From NCBI GenBank assembly GCA_050287845.1, contig JBNKCR010000030.1:1-64000 (forward strand): 64,000 bases of DNA. Reading direction: 5' to 3'. The DNA comes from Polyangia bacterium (GTDB lineage Bacteria; Myxococcota_A; Polyangia; JAAYKL01). The stretch's first letter is position 1; every line of letters starts with the position of its first letter. Positions 39,428 through 49,860 of the stretch are shown here, piece by piece. A program made the translations under genes and the position numbers. The notes beneath the pieces are model-generated. The model searched no databases. It was not told the origin of the DNA and saw only the letters and a list, made by a program, of their open reading frames with translations.

Positions 39428-40066
39428 TTACAGCCAGGGCCACGGACAGACCATCGCCGCCGCCGCCGACTCCGGCGTTGCATGATCGGCGTCGGGAAGA
39501 CAATACTTTCCGGTGAAAACGGTTTCCATGTAGTAGAGTCCTTCATGACAGATGTAATGGTCTTCCGTCCGGCAATCCGCATCGGTTTCACACCGTTCCA
39601 GACAAACCAGATAGGCATCATACACCCCGACGCAATCAATCCCCTGACCGCAAATTCCCTCGCCGGCCTCATTGCAGCACGCCGTGCAGTATCCCCCCGG
39701 ACAATTGACAATTCCCATCACGTCCTGCAGACAGCGCTTTTCGGTGGCAGGATAGCCCCCGCATTCCGAAACGTCCGCGCAACCGGCCCCGAATCCTCCC
39801 CATCCCGCCCCAAGCAGCGAATTCCGCGAATCTGTCGCGGTATCGCCGGACGAGTCTCCCGGAGTATCCCCGGTATCCCCGTCGTCCGACGCGGTACCGG
39901 CAGAATCTCCTGTGGCAGTTGACATCTCCCCCGTGTTGTCGTCCCCGTTCACATCGAGTTCGTGTGAGGGTTGCTCCCAACAGCCCACGCATCCAGCCAC
40001 AATGATCAGAATTCCCGGCGCCAGAAACAATGTTCGCAATTTGAATGCTCCCTTCAGAAAAAACAT
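39428..40066 (-). CDS. Cys-rich hypothetical lipoprotein (alternative TTG start at 40039)
   Basis: Lipobox-like VAGC/CVGC; D/T/G linker; PGGYCT..C Cys-rich domain. Confidence 0.75.
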   Translation of the reverse strand: MFFLKGAFKLRTLFLAPGILIIVAGCVGCWEQPSHELDVNGDDNTGEMSTATGDSAGTASDDGDTGDTPGDSSGDTATDSRNSLLGAGWGGFGAGCADVSECGGYPATEKRCLQDVMGIVNCPGGYCTACCNEAGEGICGQGIDCVGVYDAYLVCLERCETDADCRTEDHYICHEGLYYMETVFTGKYCLPDADHATPESAAAAMVCPWPWL

Positions 40067-40073
40067 TTCCGCA

Positions 40074-42992
40074 TCAGAACGAACCGCCAACGACCATGAT
40101 AAACTCATTGCCACCCTGCTCCATAAATCCATGGGCATACCCGGTTCTCAGGATCACGGGCATGTGGTAGCCGATAAAAAACGACCATACCAGCTCCATC
40201 CCCGCAGCTGAATAATAGTCGTCCCTGTGGAACTGCGAATAGGAAATCAGCAGATTGTCCATGAATACGCCGGCATACACCCGGCTGAAAAAGAATGGCA
40301 ACGTCTGATACGCCAACTGAGCCTGCCACAGCGGAAACCGGTACTCCAGCCTGAGGGTCTGAAAATGGTCCCCGGAAGTGAAGTTGGTCCGATACCCCCG
40401 AATCATCGGCAGACCAACGGAACGTTCGTTCATGACGGCGTCCAGTATTTCCTGGTTCGAGTAGCCACCGGCGCCGATGCTGGACTGATGGTTCGGATTC
40501 GAAATGTGCGCCTGCCCCTCCATTTCCAGCGCCAGCACGTGGTGCAGCGCCCAGGGGGCCTGCCGATATTCCCGCCATGCCCAGTAAAACGACGTCTGCT
40601 CCCGGTTGCCGCCAAAAAGGGGATTGTACAGCGTCACCCCCAGGTACATCGACCGGCCGTCCTCCCGGGAAATGGAATAGGGACCACTGAACAGATTCGA
40701 GTAGCTCCACCCGAACCGAATCCCGGTCCGGAAATACTGCGTGGGCATTTGCGGCAGGTCGCCGTTGGGGTCAACCGTCACGGTCAGGTCTTCTCTGGGC
40801 GCCGAATGATTGATGCTGTACCCCACCGACAACTGATGATTATCATCCAGCGCCATCAGGGGAATGCTCAGACCAATCTCAGAAGACCAGCTGACCCGGG
40901 TCCAGGTCGCCGGCATGCCTTCCACCAGATATCCGGAATCGACCTTCCGGGCCGAATAGGCGAAGCTCATCTGAAACCTGGGCAGCAGGCCGCTGTAGCC
41001 GTATGCGGCACTGAACGTGGGCTGCTGGGCAGTGAACTCGTAGCTGTAATTCAACAGCATGGAGTGCAGTCTCGCGGCATCCTCAATCACGGTGGAAATA
41101 TCGAGGGTTCTCTCGCCCCCCGTATTCTGTGATTTGATTTCCCAGCTGTACGGGCGAAACGTGGGCAGCGGATTGTACGCATCCTTTTTGAAAGTTGTCG
41201 GAGTGAGTTCCCGGGCATGCACATGGGTTTCGGATGGGGGCTCAAAGAAAGGAAGGCTGTCGATGTCCACGGAGGTCCGATGCAGGTCCCATCCCTCGGA
41301 ATAAAAATTCAGAAAATAAAGGGTCCTGCCATCATCGCTGAGTGCCGGGAGATTGGCGCCGGATACCACATTGGTCAGCTGTTTCAGTGCACCGGACTGC
41401 ATCTCGCGGGCAAATATATTCTGAATCCCCGTCACCCCCGATGAAAACAGCAGATACCGCCCGTCCGCGGAAAAGCGCAGTCCCTGTTCAATGGCGTCGT
41501 CGCGGGTCGCGAAATACGCGTTTCGCGTTTCCATATCCATCAGCGCCACATCCACCCGGCCTTTCTGGCGCCACACAAACGCCAGCGTTTTTCCGTCCGG
41601 AGAAAACGTCGGAGAATAGCTGTGCCAGTCGTCGTTTACCGGCAACAGCAGTTCCCGCTTTCCGGTCCCCACGTCCATCAGCTCCAGCCGCGAAATCCCC
41701 GCCGCATTGGTCACCATGGCCACAAATCGACCGTCCGGCGTCACGGCCGCTTCCTTCACCCGTACACCAGTGGTCAACCGGCGAGGCGCCCTGGCGCCAT
41801 TGGGCAACACAAAAACATCGCGATATGAATATTCGTCCTTGAATGGCGCAGAGCGAACGTAATACATATTGCCACCGTTATCGATGGAAACCGATGCATC
41901 AGACGATGCGAACACCAGGTCTCTGCGACTCTCAGCCTTGCCTACCGAGTCCAGGGGCCACGCGGCCACAGCGGACCGGGTGAGGCCATCGCCCAAAGGT
42001 ACCAGCAATCGCCCGGTTCCCCCATCGAACACCGGGTGTCCCTTACTCTCCCCCGTAAAGGTCAACCGCTCAGACACCGTTTCACCTTCGTTTCGGATCT
42101 GTTGCTGAACGGCAACGGCCTCCGCGTGGGTCTGTTCGGTGAAGTCCTGATACAACTCCGCCAGGGAATTCCCGGTAACCTCCAGAAAAATCCGGTTCAG
42201 CCCATAGGGAATCGGTTTGGAAGCGTAGGCGTGGCAAATTTCGAAAATCTTCTCCTCGCCGACGCGATCCCGCAGATAACGCAGGAACATGCTGCCATAA
42301 ATGTAGTCGGCATTCCCCCGGGGATACTCCAGGGTGTTGTTGGAGACGCCCGCCAAATCCAGAAACTTTCCCTCCAGGGAATGGGTGCGCATCACCATGC
42401 GATAATAGGGCGAACGAATCCGGCCGCGGGTCGTTCGATAGGTTTCCATCATGACCGCCAACCCTTCGATGAACCAGGTGGGCTGCATGGAGTTGGGCAA
42501 GTACAGATCGCCGAATACCGTGTTGTAAACACGCGCCACCCCGTACTGCATCTGGATATGCGCTTCGTGGGTGAACTCGTGGAGTATCAGCGAAAACAGC
42601 CAGTCGTCATTTTCCTGAAGCGCCGACCCTATATCGGGTGGTGTCGCATACAGCTGAATAAACGGATATCGATATGGTGCCGCCAGTCCATTGGCATAAT
42701 CGGTGGAATCCACAATACGGACCTCCACCTTCCCCTCCACCTTCCAGCCGATGGACGATGTCACCAGCGTGTACGCATTTTCCGCCGCCACCGCAGCTCG
42801 CTCCGCCAGTTTCTGTAACGCCTTGTCATAATGAATATTGAAGTGATCTGTTTTTAACGTATGATACGCAATATCGGGATCTCCGCAATTTGCGGTTGCC
42901 GACACAAGCAGAATACTGATGAAAATCGCACCAGAGAGCAGAAAAAATTGGATGGCCGACCCTTTTTTAATTGAATTTGTATTCTTTTTCAT
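40074..42992 (-). CDS. Gluzincin domain + TolB/WD40 beta-propeller + C-terminal Omp85-like beta-barrel protein
   Basis: Signal peptide; HEFTH...WFIEGLA; SPDGK/SADGR repeats; IRGY, LEYRFPL; C-terminal Phe. Confidence 0.8.
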   Translation of the reverse strand: MKKNTNSIKKGSAIQFFLLSGAIFISILLVSATANCGDPDIAYHTLKTDHFNIHYDKALQKLAERAAVAAENAYTLVTSSIGWKVEGKVEVRIVDSTDYANGLAAPYRYPFIQLYATPPDIGSALQENDDWLFSLILHEFTHEAHIQMQYGVARVYNTVFGDLYLPNSMQPTWFIEGLAVMMETYRTTRGRIRSPYYRMVMRTHSLEGKFLDLAGVSNNTLEYPRGNADYIYGSMFLRYLRDRVGEEKIFEICHAYASKPIPYGLNRIFLEVTGNSLAELYQDFTEQTHAEAVAVQQQIRNEGETVSERLTFTGESKGHPVFDGGTGRLLVPLGDGLTRSAVAAWPLDSVGKAESRRDLVFASSDASVSIDNGGNMYYVRSAPFKDEYSYRDVFVLPNGARAPRRLTTGVRVKEAAVTPDGRFVAMVTNAAGISRLELMDVGTGKRELLLPVNDDWHSYSPTFSPDGKTLAFVWRQKGRVDVALMDMETRNAYFATRDDAIEQGLRFSADGRYLLFSSGVTGIQNIFAREMQSGALKQLTNVVSGANLPALSDDGRTLYFLNFYSEGWDLHRTSVDIDSLPFFEPPSETHVHARELTPTTFKKDAYNPLPTFRPYSWEIKSQNTGGERTLDISTVIEDAARLHSMLLNYSYEFTAQQPTFSAAYGYSGLLPRFQMSFAYSARKVDSGYLVEGMPATWTRVSWSSEIGLSIPLMALDDNHQLSVGYSINHSAPREDLTVTVDPNGDLPQMPTQYFRTGIRFGWSYSNLFSGPYSISREDGRSMYLGVTLYNPLFGGNREQTSFYWAWREYRQAPWALHHVLALEMEGQAHISNPNHQSSIGAGGYSNQEILDAVMNERSVGLPMIRGYRTNFTSGDHFQTLRLEYRFPLWQAQLAYQTLPFFFSRVYAGVFMDNLLISYSQFHRDDYYSAAGMELVWSFFIGYHMPVILRTGYAHGFMEQGGNEFIMVVGGSF

Positions 42993-43064
42993 AAGTTCCG
43001 ATATAGATTAACCTTCGATGAGACAACCGTCAATTTGTGCGGTTTCGGGAGAGAATTTTTAACA

Positions 43065-43850
43065 ATGCACTGCGCACCGACAGCGAACCAGCAAGAACTC
43101 AGAGCCCTGATAAGCGACGCGATCACCTATCGGGATGGTGTTCCCGTGATTCTGAATTCCGAAACTCTTGAGCGGAACATCATGATGCAACTGGCATGCA
43201 ATTGCCTGCATGCCAATGACGATGTTCTGAAGGCGTCGCAAAAACTGGTCTGGCAAATCTGCCAATCCCTGGGAACCCCCTACACCGCCTGCGATCCGCT
43301 GGTATCCTGTCTGAAGCGGGATGGCATTTCAGAAATGATTGTTCCCATTGTCGACGCCAACTGGATTCCCTTCGAGCTGCTATGCACCATTCTCGCCGCC
43401 GGCAAGGAGATGGAAGTCGGTCCGCTCATCTTTGCGGTGGACAAGTCAGACCCGGATTACCGCGCCTTCATCTGCCAGGTTCTCTGTGCCGCTGTAAAGG
43501 AAAACTGGCAGGCCCCCGTGCTGTTCTATGATGGCGCCAACACTCTGCCTATCGAAACCGTGAATCTCGACTGGAAAAAAATGCTGTACTTCAACAGCTA
43601 TGAACTGCCCCATGCCCCCCTCGAATCACTGATGGGCAAAATGCTCCGCGCCAGATTTGAAGATCTTTCACCGGACGATTGGAAACGATTGGCCAAAATT
43701 CCCCCCGAACACTGGTCCGAATTGAGAAATGAAATATATTTAGTCTACTGCGATTTGTTCGAAGAACTGGACATGAACGAAACTTTTCCAGTACTTAAAC
43801 GATACGTTATTCCGGAATGGATAAAAGACGACATATTTGAGACAATCTGA
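43065..43850 (+). CDS. Degenerate class II fructose-bisphosphate aldolase-like protein
   Basis: N- and C-terminal segments resemble the long deltaproteobacterial aldolases from memory (GPLIFAV, LCAAVKENWQAPVLF, LFEELDMNET...KRYV); metal-binding His motifs are missing. Confidence 0.55.
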   Translation: MHCAPTANQQELRALISDAITYRDGVPVILNSETLERNIMMQLACNCLHANDDVLKASQKLVWQICQSLGTPYTACDPLVSCLKRDGISEMIVPIVDANWIPFELLCTILAAGKEMEVGPLIFAVDKSDPDYRAFICQVLCAAVKENWQAPVLFYDGANTLPIETVNLDWKKMLYFNSYELPHAPLESLMGKMLRARFEDLSPDDWKRLAKIPPEHWSELRNEIYLVYCDLFEELDMNETFPVLKRYVIPEWIKDDIFETI

Positions 43851-43930
43851 TTATCCCGGAAAACTGAAACACCCGATGATGCAACCGACCGAATCATGGA
43901 GAACCTCGAAAACTGAAACGGAAAAGCACA

Positions 43931-44290
43931 ATGAGTACCAATGAGGCTGTTTTACTGATTGTCGACGACGAAGCATCTGTTTGCCGCGCGCTCAGTCGTA
44001 TTCTGAAAACAAAAGCATCTGAAATCATCACGGTCCAGAATCTGTCCGACGCCGAACTGGTGCTGGATACCCGGGATGTTACCCATATCCTCTGTGACCA
44101 TCTTCTTGGCCCGGGACAACCCAGAGGGCTGGATACCGCCATTCACTGGAAGGCAGAGTACCCGACCATCGACAAAATCATTATCCTGACCGGCACGGAT
44201 GCTGCATTTAACGCGACCCCGGACGGCATCGATTATGTGCTGCCCAAAACCACCGATCCCCTCCATCTGGCGGAGTTTCTGCAGCTGTAA
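43931..44290 (+). CDS. Single-domain response regulator
   Basis: LLIVDDE, phospho-Asp in ILCD, LTG, PK. Confidence 0.88.
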   Translation: MSTNEAVLLIVDDEASVCRALSRILKTKASEIITVQNLSDAELVLDTRDVTHILCDHLLGPGQPRGLDTAIHWKAEYPTIDKIIILTGTDAAFNATPDGIDYVLPKTTDPLHLAEFLQL

Positions 44291-44390
44291 ACAGAATCCG
44301 TATTCAACGATGCAGGAAAAAGGCGGCCGATGCGCGGATTATAAACGCTGACGTTGCAAAAGCGGTGTCAATCATAGGCTTTTTTAAGCA

Positions 44391-44900
44391 TCAGCGTAAA
44401 ATCGGTATGACCTGCTCCGGGTCAATGGGAACGGCCACGGCTCGGCCGAGAAATGACACCTCCACCACCAGATGTTTCCCCTGACCGTCGGCTTCGCACA
44501 GAATCCCCACCGCGTTGCGGAACGGGCCATCTGCCACGCGTACACGTTGCCCGGCCTTCACCAGCGGATGCGGCCGGACACCGCCTGACGCCACGCCGGT
44601 CAGAATCCTCAGGCTATCAATCACATCGTCATCCACCGGCGCCGGACTACCCGAAAAGCTCACAAAGCCGCATACACCGGGCGATTTGAGCACCACCGAC
44701 TTCTGCTGTCCGGAAATCTCCACCCGCACGAAGATATATCCGGGAAACAACGGCCGATTCAACAATATGGATTTATCTTTTCGGGCAGACATGGTGCGAT
44801 ACGTTGGTAAAAAGTGCACAACACCATTTCCCTGCATATATTTCTGTGCCAGATATTCCCGATTGGATTGAAGGCTGACTGCATACCAACGAATTGGCAT
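44391..44900 (-). CDS. NusG-paralog antiterminator (UpxY/RfaH/LoaP-like)
   Basis: WYAV, PLFPGYIFV, KOW motif VRVADGPF. Confidence 0.9.
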   Translation of the reverse strand: MPIRWYAVSLQSNREYLAQKYMQGNGVVHFLPTYRTMSARKDKSILLNRPLFPGYIFVRVEISGQQKSVVLKSPGVCGFVSFSGSPAPVDDDVIDSLRILTGVASGGVRPHPLVKAGQRVRVADGPFRNAVGILCEADGQGKHLVVEVSFLGRAVAVPIDPEQVIPILR

Positions 44901-44924
44901 ACGAAATCCCCTTTCGGAGGAAGT

Positions 44925-45008
44925 TGCGCGGAGGGGGACTCGAACCCCCATGAAGTCTCCTTCACCAGGCCCTCAACCTGGCGCGTCTACCAGTTCCGCC
45001 ATCCGCGC
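44925..45008 (-). tRNA. tRNA-Leu (anticodon GAG), CCA not encoded
   Basis: GCGCGGA/TCCGCGC acceptor stem, D-arm GGAACTGGTAGAC, CCAGG-TTGAGGG-CCTGG anticodon arm, long variable arm, GGTTCGAGTCCC T-arm. Confidence 0.97.
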
Positions 45009-45053
45009 TGCATATAAAAGAACACCGGGCATACGCCCGAAAAATGTTGGGTC

Positions 45054-45082
45054 TTTATGTCCTCAACCGCTTTCCATGTCAA
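45054..45082 (-). promoter_or_regulatory. Probable sigma70 promoter of tRNA-Leu and the antiterminator gene
   Basis: TTGACA-N17-CATAAA on the minus strand. Confidence 0.6.
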
Positions 45083-45133
45083 GATTTTTCCGCAGGAAAA
45101 TTCACCGGTTCATGCCAGTTGACTCGCAGGGAT

Positions 45134-45280
45134 TCAGTTTTGCCACTTCTGCAGCATCTCCTTCAAACCACTGGAAGAAATGGGGTTCGCCAGATAGTCG
45201 TCCATCCCCGCTTCCAGACATTTTTCCCGGTCTCCTTTCAATGCATTGGCCGTCAATGCCACAATGGAAATGGCAGTGTT
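45134..45280 (-). pseudogene. Remnant C-terminal half of a receiver domain (hybrid kinase type)
   Basis: [28 protein letters not shown]; no N-terminal DD or phospho-Asp half; conserved Lys reads as Asn. Confidence 0.75.
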
Positions 45281-45475
45281 GAGCGTCCGAATGCCAGAAA
45301 ATAGACCGCCATTGACATTCGAATTTTCGAAATAATTTTCTATGTAGCCCGTTTGCCGGATATAACCGCACGGCGAACGGCGGAAAGCATAACAGACGAC
45401 ACTCTCAGATCGGATTCTGACTGGTTCTGAAAAGCCGTTAAATAAGCAGTAAATGCACAGTGAGGAAAATCTCCC

Positions 45476-46660
45476 ATGATCATATTCGCACTCATGTTCA
45501 CCGCAGTGACAGGCAGTATTCATTTTTACCTGTGGAAAAGACTGATTTTTGACACGCGTCCGGGCCGTCGCGTAAAAATCGTTGGCACTGTGCTGATCGT
45601 CGCGCTGGCACTGTCTATCCCCGGAACCATGATTTTTTCCCGTTCCGTTTCCCCCGACGTCACCGCAACCATTGCCACAATTCCACTTTTATGGCTTGGC
45701 ACCGTCCTCTTTCTCATGGTGTCGCTGATTCTGTTCGACTGCTATTTCCTCATCCGCTTCCTTACCCGGAAAATCGCACAGATGCGCCCGTCGAATGACG
45801 ACAGGGTCACAGACCCGTCAAAAAGAGATTCGCTGCGCAAATTTACAGCCGTTGGCACCCTCGGCCTTTCCGGCACACTCACTACCGCGTCCCATCTTGC
45901 AGTGCTGCACAAACCCACCGTCATCCACCAGGAATTTACTCTGTCCAGGCTACCACCGGATTTGAACGGATTGAAAATTGCGCAGCTATCCGACATTCAC
46001 ATCGGTCTCACCCTGGACAGCGCATACCTGTCGCAGGTTGTGCAGCAAACCAATGCACTCGCTCCCGATGTCATCGTTATCACCGGAGACCTCATCGATG
46101 GATATGTCAGTAAAATGAAAGAAGACATTCTTCCAGTCACCCAACTGAAGGCGCCCATGGGCGTCTATTTTGTGACCGGCAATCACGAGTACTACTTTAA
46201 TGCCCATGAGTGGGTGGACGCGCTGAAAAAAATGGGCATCGTGGTTCTCAGCAATCAATCCGTCCTCCTGGGCTCCGGCAAACTTCCGCTGATGCTCGCA
46301 GGTGTCAACGACTTCGAGGCGCATCGTTTCCCGCAGAGCGAACCGTTGAATCTGACCCGCGCGCTAAAAGGACGTCACCAGAACCAGGAAGTCATTCTGC
46401 TGAGTCACCAACCCAGAATTATTCAGGAGGCCGCCAACGCAGATGTTGGACTGGTACTGAGTGGACACACCCACGGCGGACAAATCTGGCCGTTCAATTA
46501 TCTGGTAAAACTGCAGCAGCCGTACATAAAGGGAAGAGTCAGATATACCCATCGGACGCATCTGTATATTAACCAGGGAACCGGATATTGGGGACCACCC
46601 ATGCGGCTTGGTACGGTCAGTGAAATCACATTAATCACTCTGCACAACAAGGAATTCTGA
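45476..46660 (+). CDS. Membrane-bound metallophosphoesterase (YkuE-like)
   Basis: [21 protein letters not shown]; three N-terminal TM helices. Confidence 0.92.
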   Translation: MIIFALMFTAVTGSIHFYLWKRLIFDTRPGRRVKIVGTVLIVALALSIPGTMIFSRSVSPDVTATIATIPLLWLGTVLFLMVSLILFDCYFLIRFLTRKIAQMRPSNDDRVTDPSKRDSLRKFTAVGTLGLSGTLTTASHLAVLHKPTVIHQEFTLSRLPPDLNGLKIAQLSDIHIGLTLDSAYLSQVVQQTNALAPDVIVITGDLIDGYVSKMKEDILPVTQLKAPMGVYFVTGNHEYYFNAHEWVDALKKMGIVVLSNQSVLLGSGKLPLMLAGVNDFEAHRFPQSEPLNLTRALKGRHQNQEVILLSHQPRIIQEAANADVGLVLSGHTHGGQIWPFNYLVKLQQPYIKGRVRYTHRTHLYINQGTGYWGPPMRLGTVSEITLITLHNKEF

Positions 46661-46661
46661 A

Positions 46662-47279
46662 ATGAAAAAGAACGCTATACTGTTGATAGGTCCAACCGGC
46701 AGCGGAAAAACACCTCTGGGGAATCATATTGAAAAACACGGGATTAGCGGTATTCAATTCGCTCACTTCGATTTCGGTGAACAACTCAGACAGGTCGCCG
46801 GCGGTCAGAAGAACGCCGGCCTCTCCACAGACGATATCGCCCAGCTGCAAACGATTCTGCAAACCGGCGCGCTTCTGGAAAAAGAGACGTTTTATCTGGC
46901 GGAACAAATCATTTCGCACTTCAATTCAAGCACCAGCGCGCAGGCGATTGTGCTGAACGGTCTACCCAGGCATATCGAACAGGCCCGGGATATATCTCTG
47001 TGGTTCGACATCCGGTTTGTCATTCGTTTAAGATGTGATGCCCGGACCGTCATTGAACGCATCCAATCCAATTCCGGAAACGACCGGACCCATCGAGTGG
47101 ATGATGAACTGACACTGGTACAGAAGAAGCTGACCATTTTCGAAACCCGCACGGCGCCGCTTTGCGAATGGTTTTCATCGAATCATATTCCGGTATTTGA
47201 CGTCGTTATTGAAAAGGAAACATCACCAGCGGATATCCTTCAATTGTTCGAAAAAATATCATTGACACTTCCTTTCTGA
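46662..47279 (+). CDS. Adenylate-kinase-like nucleoside monophosphate kinase
   Basis: P-loop GPTGSGKT; NGLPR; R.DD. Confidence 0.82.
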   Translation: MKKNAILLIGPTGSGKTPLGNHIEKHGISGIQFAHFDFGEQLRQVAGGQKNAGLSTDDIAQLQTILQTGALLEKETFYLAEQIISHFNSSTSAQAIVLNGLPRHIEQARDISLWFDIRFVIRLRCDARTVIERIQSNSGNDRTHRVDDELTLVQKKLTIFETRTAPLCEWFSSNHIPVFDVVIEKETSPADILQLFEKISLTLPF

Positions 47280-47304
47280 TACCTGTTCTTTTTAGAAGTC
47301 TTAC

Positions 47305-47334
47305 TTGTAAAAACGGCTTTTTCACCTGTATAAT
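47305..47334 (+). promoter_or_regulatory. Probable sigma70 promoter of khpA
   Basis: TTGTAA-N18-TATAAT. Confidence 0.55.
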
Positions 47335-47431
47335 TCGAGAATGTCCAATAGAAAGTGGAACCGGTTGAAAACCGACTTCTCTTGTTCGATTGTTTTTTGC
47401 ACGCCGGCACCGCCGGAGACTGAGGTGAATC

Positions 47432-47668
47432 ATGGAGTTGAAAGAATTAGTTGAAGTGATTGCGAAAGCGTTGGTAGATGAACCCGATACCGTAGATGTG
47501 AAAGAAGTGGATGGAGACAAGTCAACTGTCATAGAATTGCGGGTGTCCACGAAATGTCTCGGCAACATCATTGGAAAGAAAGGTCGCAACATTCAATCTA
47601 TCCGAACAATCGTAAATGCCGCTGCCGCGAAACTCAACAAACGAGTCATGCTGGACGTCATTGAATAG
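47432..47668 (+). CDS. khpA: KH-domain RNA-binding protein
   Basis: LKELVEVIAKALVDEPD, GNIIGKKGR; GAGGTG RBS. Confidence 0.9.
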   Translation: MELKELVEVIAKALVDEPDTVDVKEVDGDKSTVIELRVSTKCLGNIIGKKGRNIQSIRTIVNAAAAKLNKRVMLDVIE

Positions 47669-47811
47669 CAGCTTCAACCTCAGTAACGGTGGGGCTACAA
47701 CAGTAAAAAAAACAAGCAAGTACAGAAGAATTCTTTTTGGAAAAGAATTTGAAATTTTTTTTTTTAAGTGCAATACTTTTTTCTAAGTGAATACACTGGT
47801 GTATTCACGGA

Positions 47812-47867
47812 GCCTCCTATCCCTGTTTGACATGGCTGACTTTTTTAGGGTAGGAGGCCTTTTTTTT
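47812..47867 (+). terminator. Long hairpin with T-tract (terminator or sRNA 3' end)
   Basis: gcctcctatccct / agggtaggaggc stem then a run of T. Confidence 0.65.
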
Positions 47868-48058
47868 GCGCGCATTCCAATTTTAATCCATCAGCAATGG
47901 GCCAGTATTCATGCGGGTGAGCGGTACGCAATCACCGCAGGCGAACACCGCATCATTCAAAAAATTCAACAACGTATTCTGCCACTTTCAAGGTCACAAC
48001 ATTTAAAGGTAATCAACCCATGACGACGTGACAGTGTGGCGCATTCCGTCTTTGTATT

Positions 48059-49720
48059 TCAGTTGTCCAGACTGGATACAGGCACATATTCATACGCACC
48101 GGCATAGCATTCTTCCGGCGCATAAACCCGTGTTTCTCCTCGGGCATCTTTGTTCACACAATCTGCACCAACCCCTGCGGCCAAAGAGTTTTTATCCACA
48201 CCGCAGGTCGAAACAAAACCACCATTTTTCTCCGGCGGCGACAGCTCCGGGTTGGACTGGTTTATCATGGGAGTGCATAACGCACGGTCAGAAGCGGGGT
48301 TGTCCGCAAATTGAATATTACTGCTCACACGCTGGGCTTCATCCCCCGCTAAATCGGCGCCTTCCAGAAAGGTTGCGTTGCAGCTTCTGGATGCGAAGGG
48401 ATCGATGATATTGTTCACGAATACCGTGCTGGAAATCGACAGGCCATCGGTGTTCACACTATAAATGGCGCCGTATTCTATCCCCCGGTTCTGATAGAAA
48501 GTGCTGTTTCGGATAATCGATTGGTTTCTGTCATTCTGATACAGTGCGCCACACAATCCCCGTGTCGATTCATTATTATAGAACGTACAATTCACTATCT
48601 CGAAACCGCGATCGGAATTCACCCATACCGCCGCCGAATTGGCGGAGGAGGATGTGTTGTCCTGAAACGATGATGAACCCAGATGTAATTGTCCACCACT
48701 CATACTCAGCGCGCCGCCACCGGAATTCCCTGTCTGATCTCCGTTTACCTGGTTGGATTCAAATTCACACTGTTCCACCATCAGGTCAACCGGTTCAGAC
48801 TGTTGCGCCTTCACTGCACTTCCGCCTTCATCTGCCCGGTTCGCGCTGAACCAATTCCCCCGGAGAACATGCATGGGTGCCACTTCCGCGTTCGCGTTCT
48901 CCATAAAAATGGCGCCCCCCTCATAGTCCACAAAGTTTCCGACAAAATAACTGTTGGTGATGTTAAACATAGTTTCATACAGAAACAGCGCGCCGCCGGA
49001 AACCGCATAGTTATCCTCAAACACCGAACGATAGATATACAGTTCCTGCAGCTGCTCCGCGTACACCGCGCCGCCGAATTTATCTTTTGCACTGTTGTGC
49101 TTGAAGACGCATTCCGACAGAATCAGTTTCCCACCGGGCGTCTCATTCACCACGTGGATGGCCCCGCCATTTCTCCCCATCTCTCTTTGGGCATTGACAA
49201 AGGTCATCCGCTCAATGGCCACATCGGTTTCTTCTCCGATAATGAAAATCGGATTCTCGTCACGCCCATCCAGCGCCACATCCGGTTTACGGGAATTGTT
49301 CAATGTGCCCGACACAAAAATCCGAATACCGGGGTTGATAATCAGTGGTCCGTTCAATTCAATGAGATGAAACTGATTGCCGCAATGAAACTCAATTTTC
49401 CCTTCGCCCGCACTGTTGATGGCAGTAACCGCCTGACGCAGACTTCCTTCGTCACAGGTATCGGCGATGCCATTTCCAACTTCCTGGACCGGCAATTCTG
49501 CATACCCATCCAAATCCGGTTTGTCCCCATCGAACAGACTGTCCTGTGGCACCGGTTTATGTTTCACCACCACCACCGTTTCCTTTGTGTCCGTCTGTTC
49601 CGGTTCACCGGTATCGATCTTCTGTCCGGTCGACAGCGCTTCAAAATGAAAGTCGCCACATGACAGAACCAGCCAGCCACACGCGATGATGAATATCCGT
49701 TTTACACATTCAACGCCCAT
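48059..49720 (-). CDS. Right-handed beta-helix (Pmp-like GGA/FxxN repeat) lipoprotein
   Basis: Lipobox VLSC; repeated GGAI and F..N motifs; DARG..R...C..GAYE tail. Confidence 0.85.
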   Translation of the reverse strand: MGVECVKRIFIIACGWLVLSCGDFHFEALSTGQKIDTGEPEQTDTKETVVVVKHKPVPQDSLFDGDKPDLDGYAELPVQEVGNGIADTCDEGSLRQAVTAINSAGEGKIEFHCGNQFHLIELNGPLIINPGIRIFVSGTLNNSRKPDVALDGRDENPIFIIGEETDVAIERMTFVNAQREMGRNGGAIHVVNETPGGKLILSECVFKHNSAKDKFGGAVYAEQLQELYIYRSVFEDNYAVSGGALFLYETMFNITNSYFVGNFVDYEGGAIFMENANAEVAPMHVLRGNWFSANRADEGGSAVKAQQSEPVDLMVEQCEFESNQVNGDQTGNSGGGALSMSGGQLHLGSSSFQDNTSSSANSAAVWVNSDRGFEIVNCTFYNNESTRGLCGALYQNDRNQSIIRNSTFYQNRGIEYGAIYSVNTDGLSISSTVFVNNIIDPFASRSCNATFLEGADLAGDEAQRVSSNIQFADNPASDRALCTPMINQSNPELSPPEKNGGFVSTCGVDKNSLAAGVGADCVNKDARGETRVYAPEECYAGAYEYVPVSSLDN

Positions 49721-49860
49721 ACAGTTCAGGTTACCTCAATTCGGGTTTCCTTAAAGGAAAATTTTCAAGGCACAGAAATAGAAATCACCGCAGGGATTTC
49801 TGGACTTATGCGCACGGCTGTACTATGAAATGCCGAATCTTCTCGGACGCAGGCATGCAT

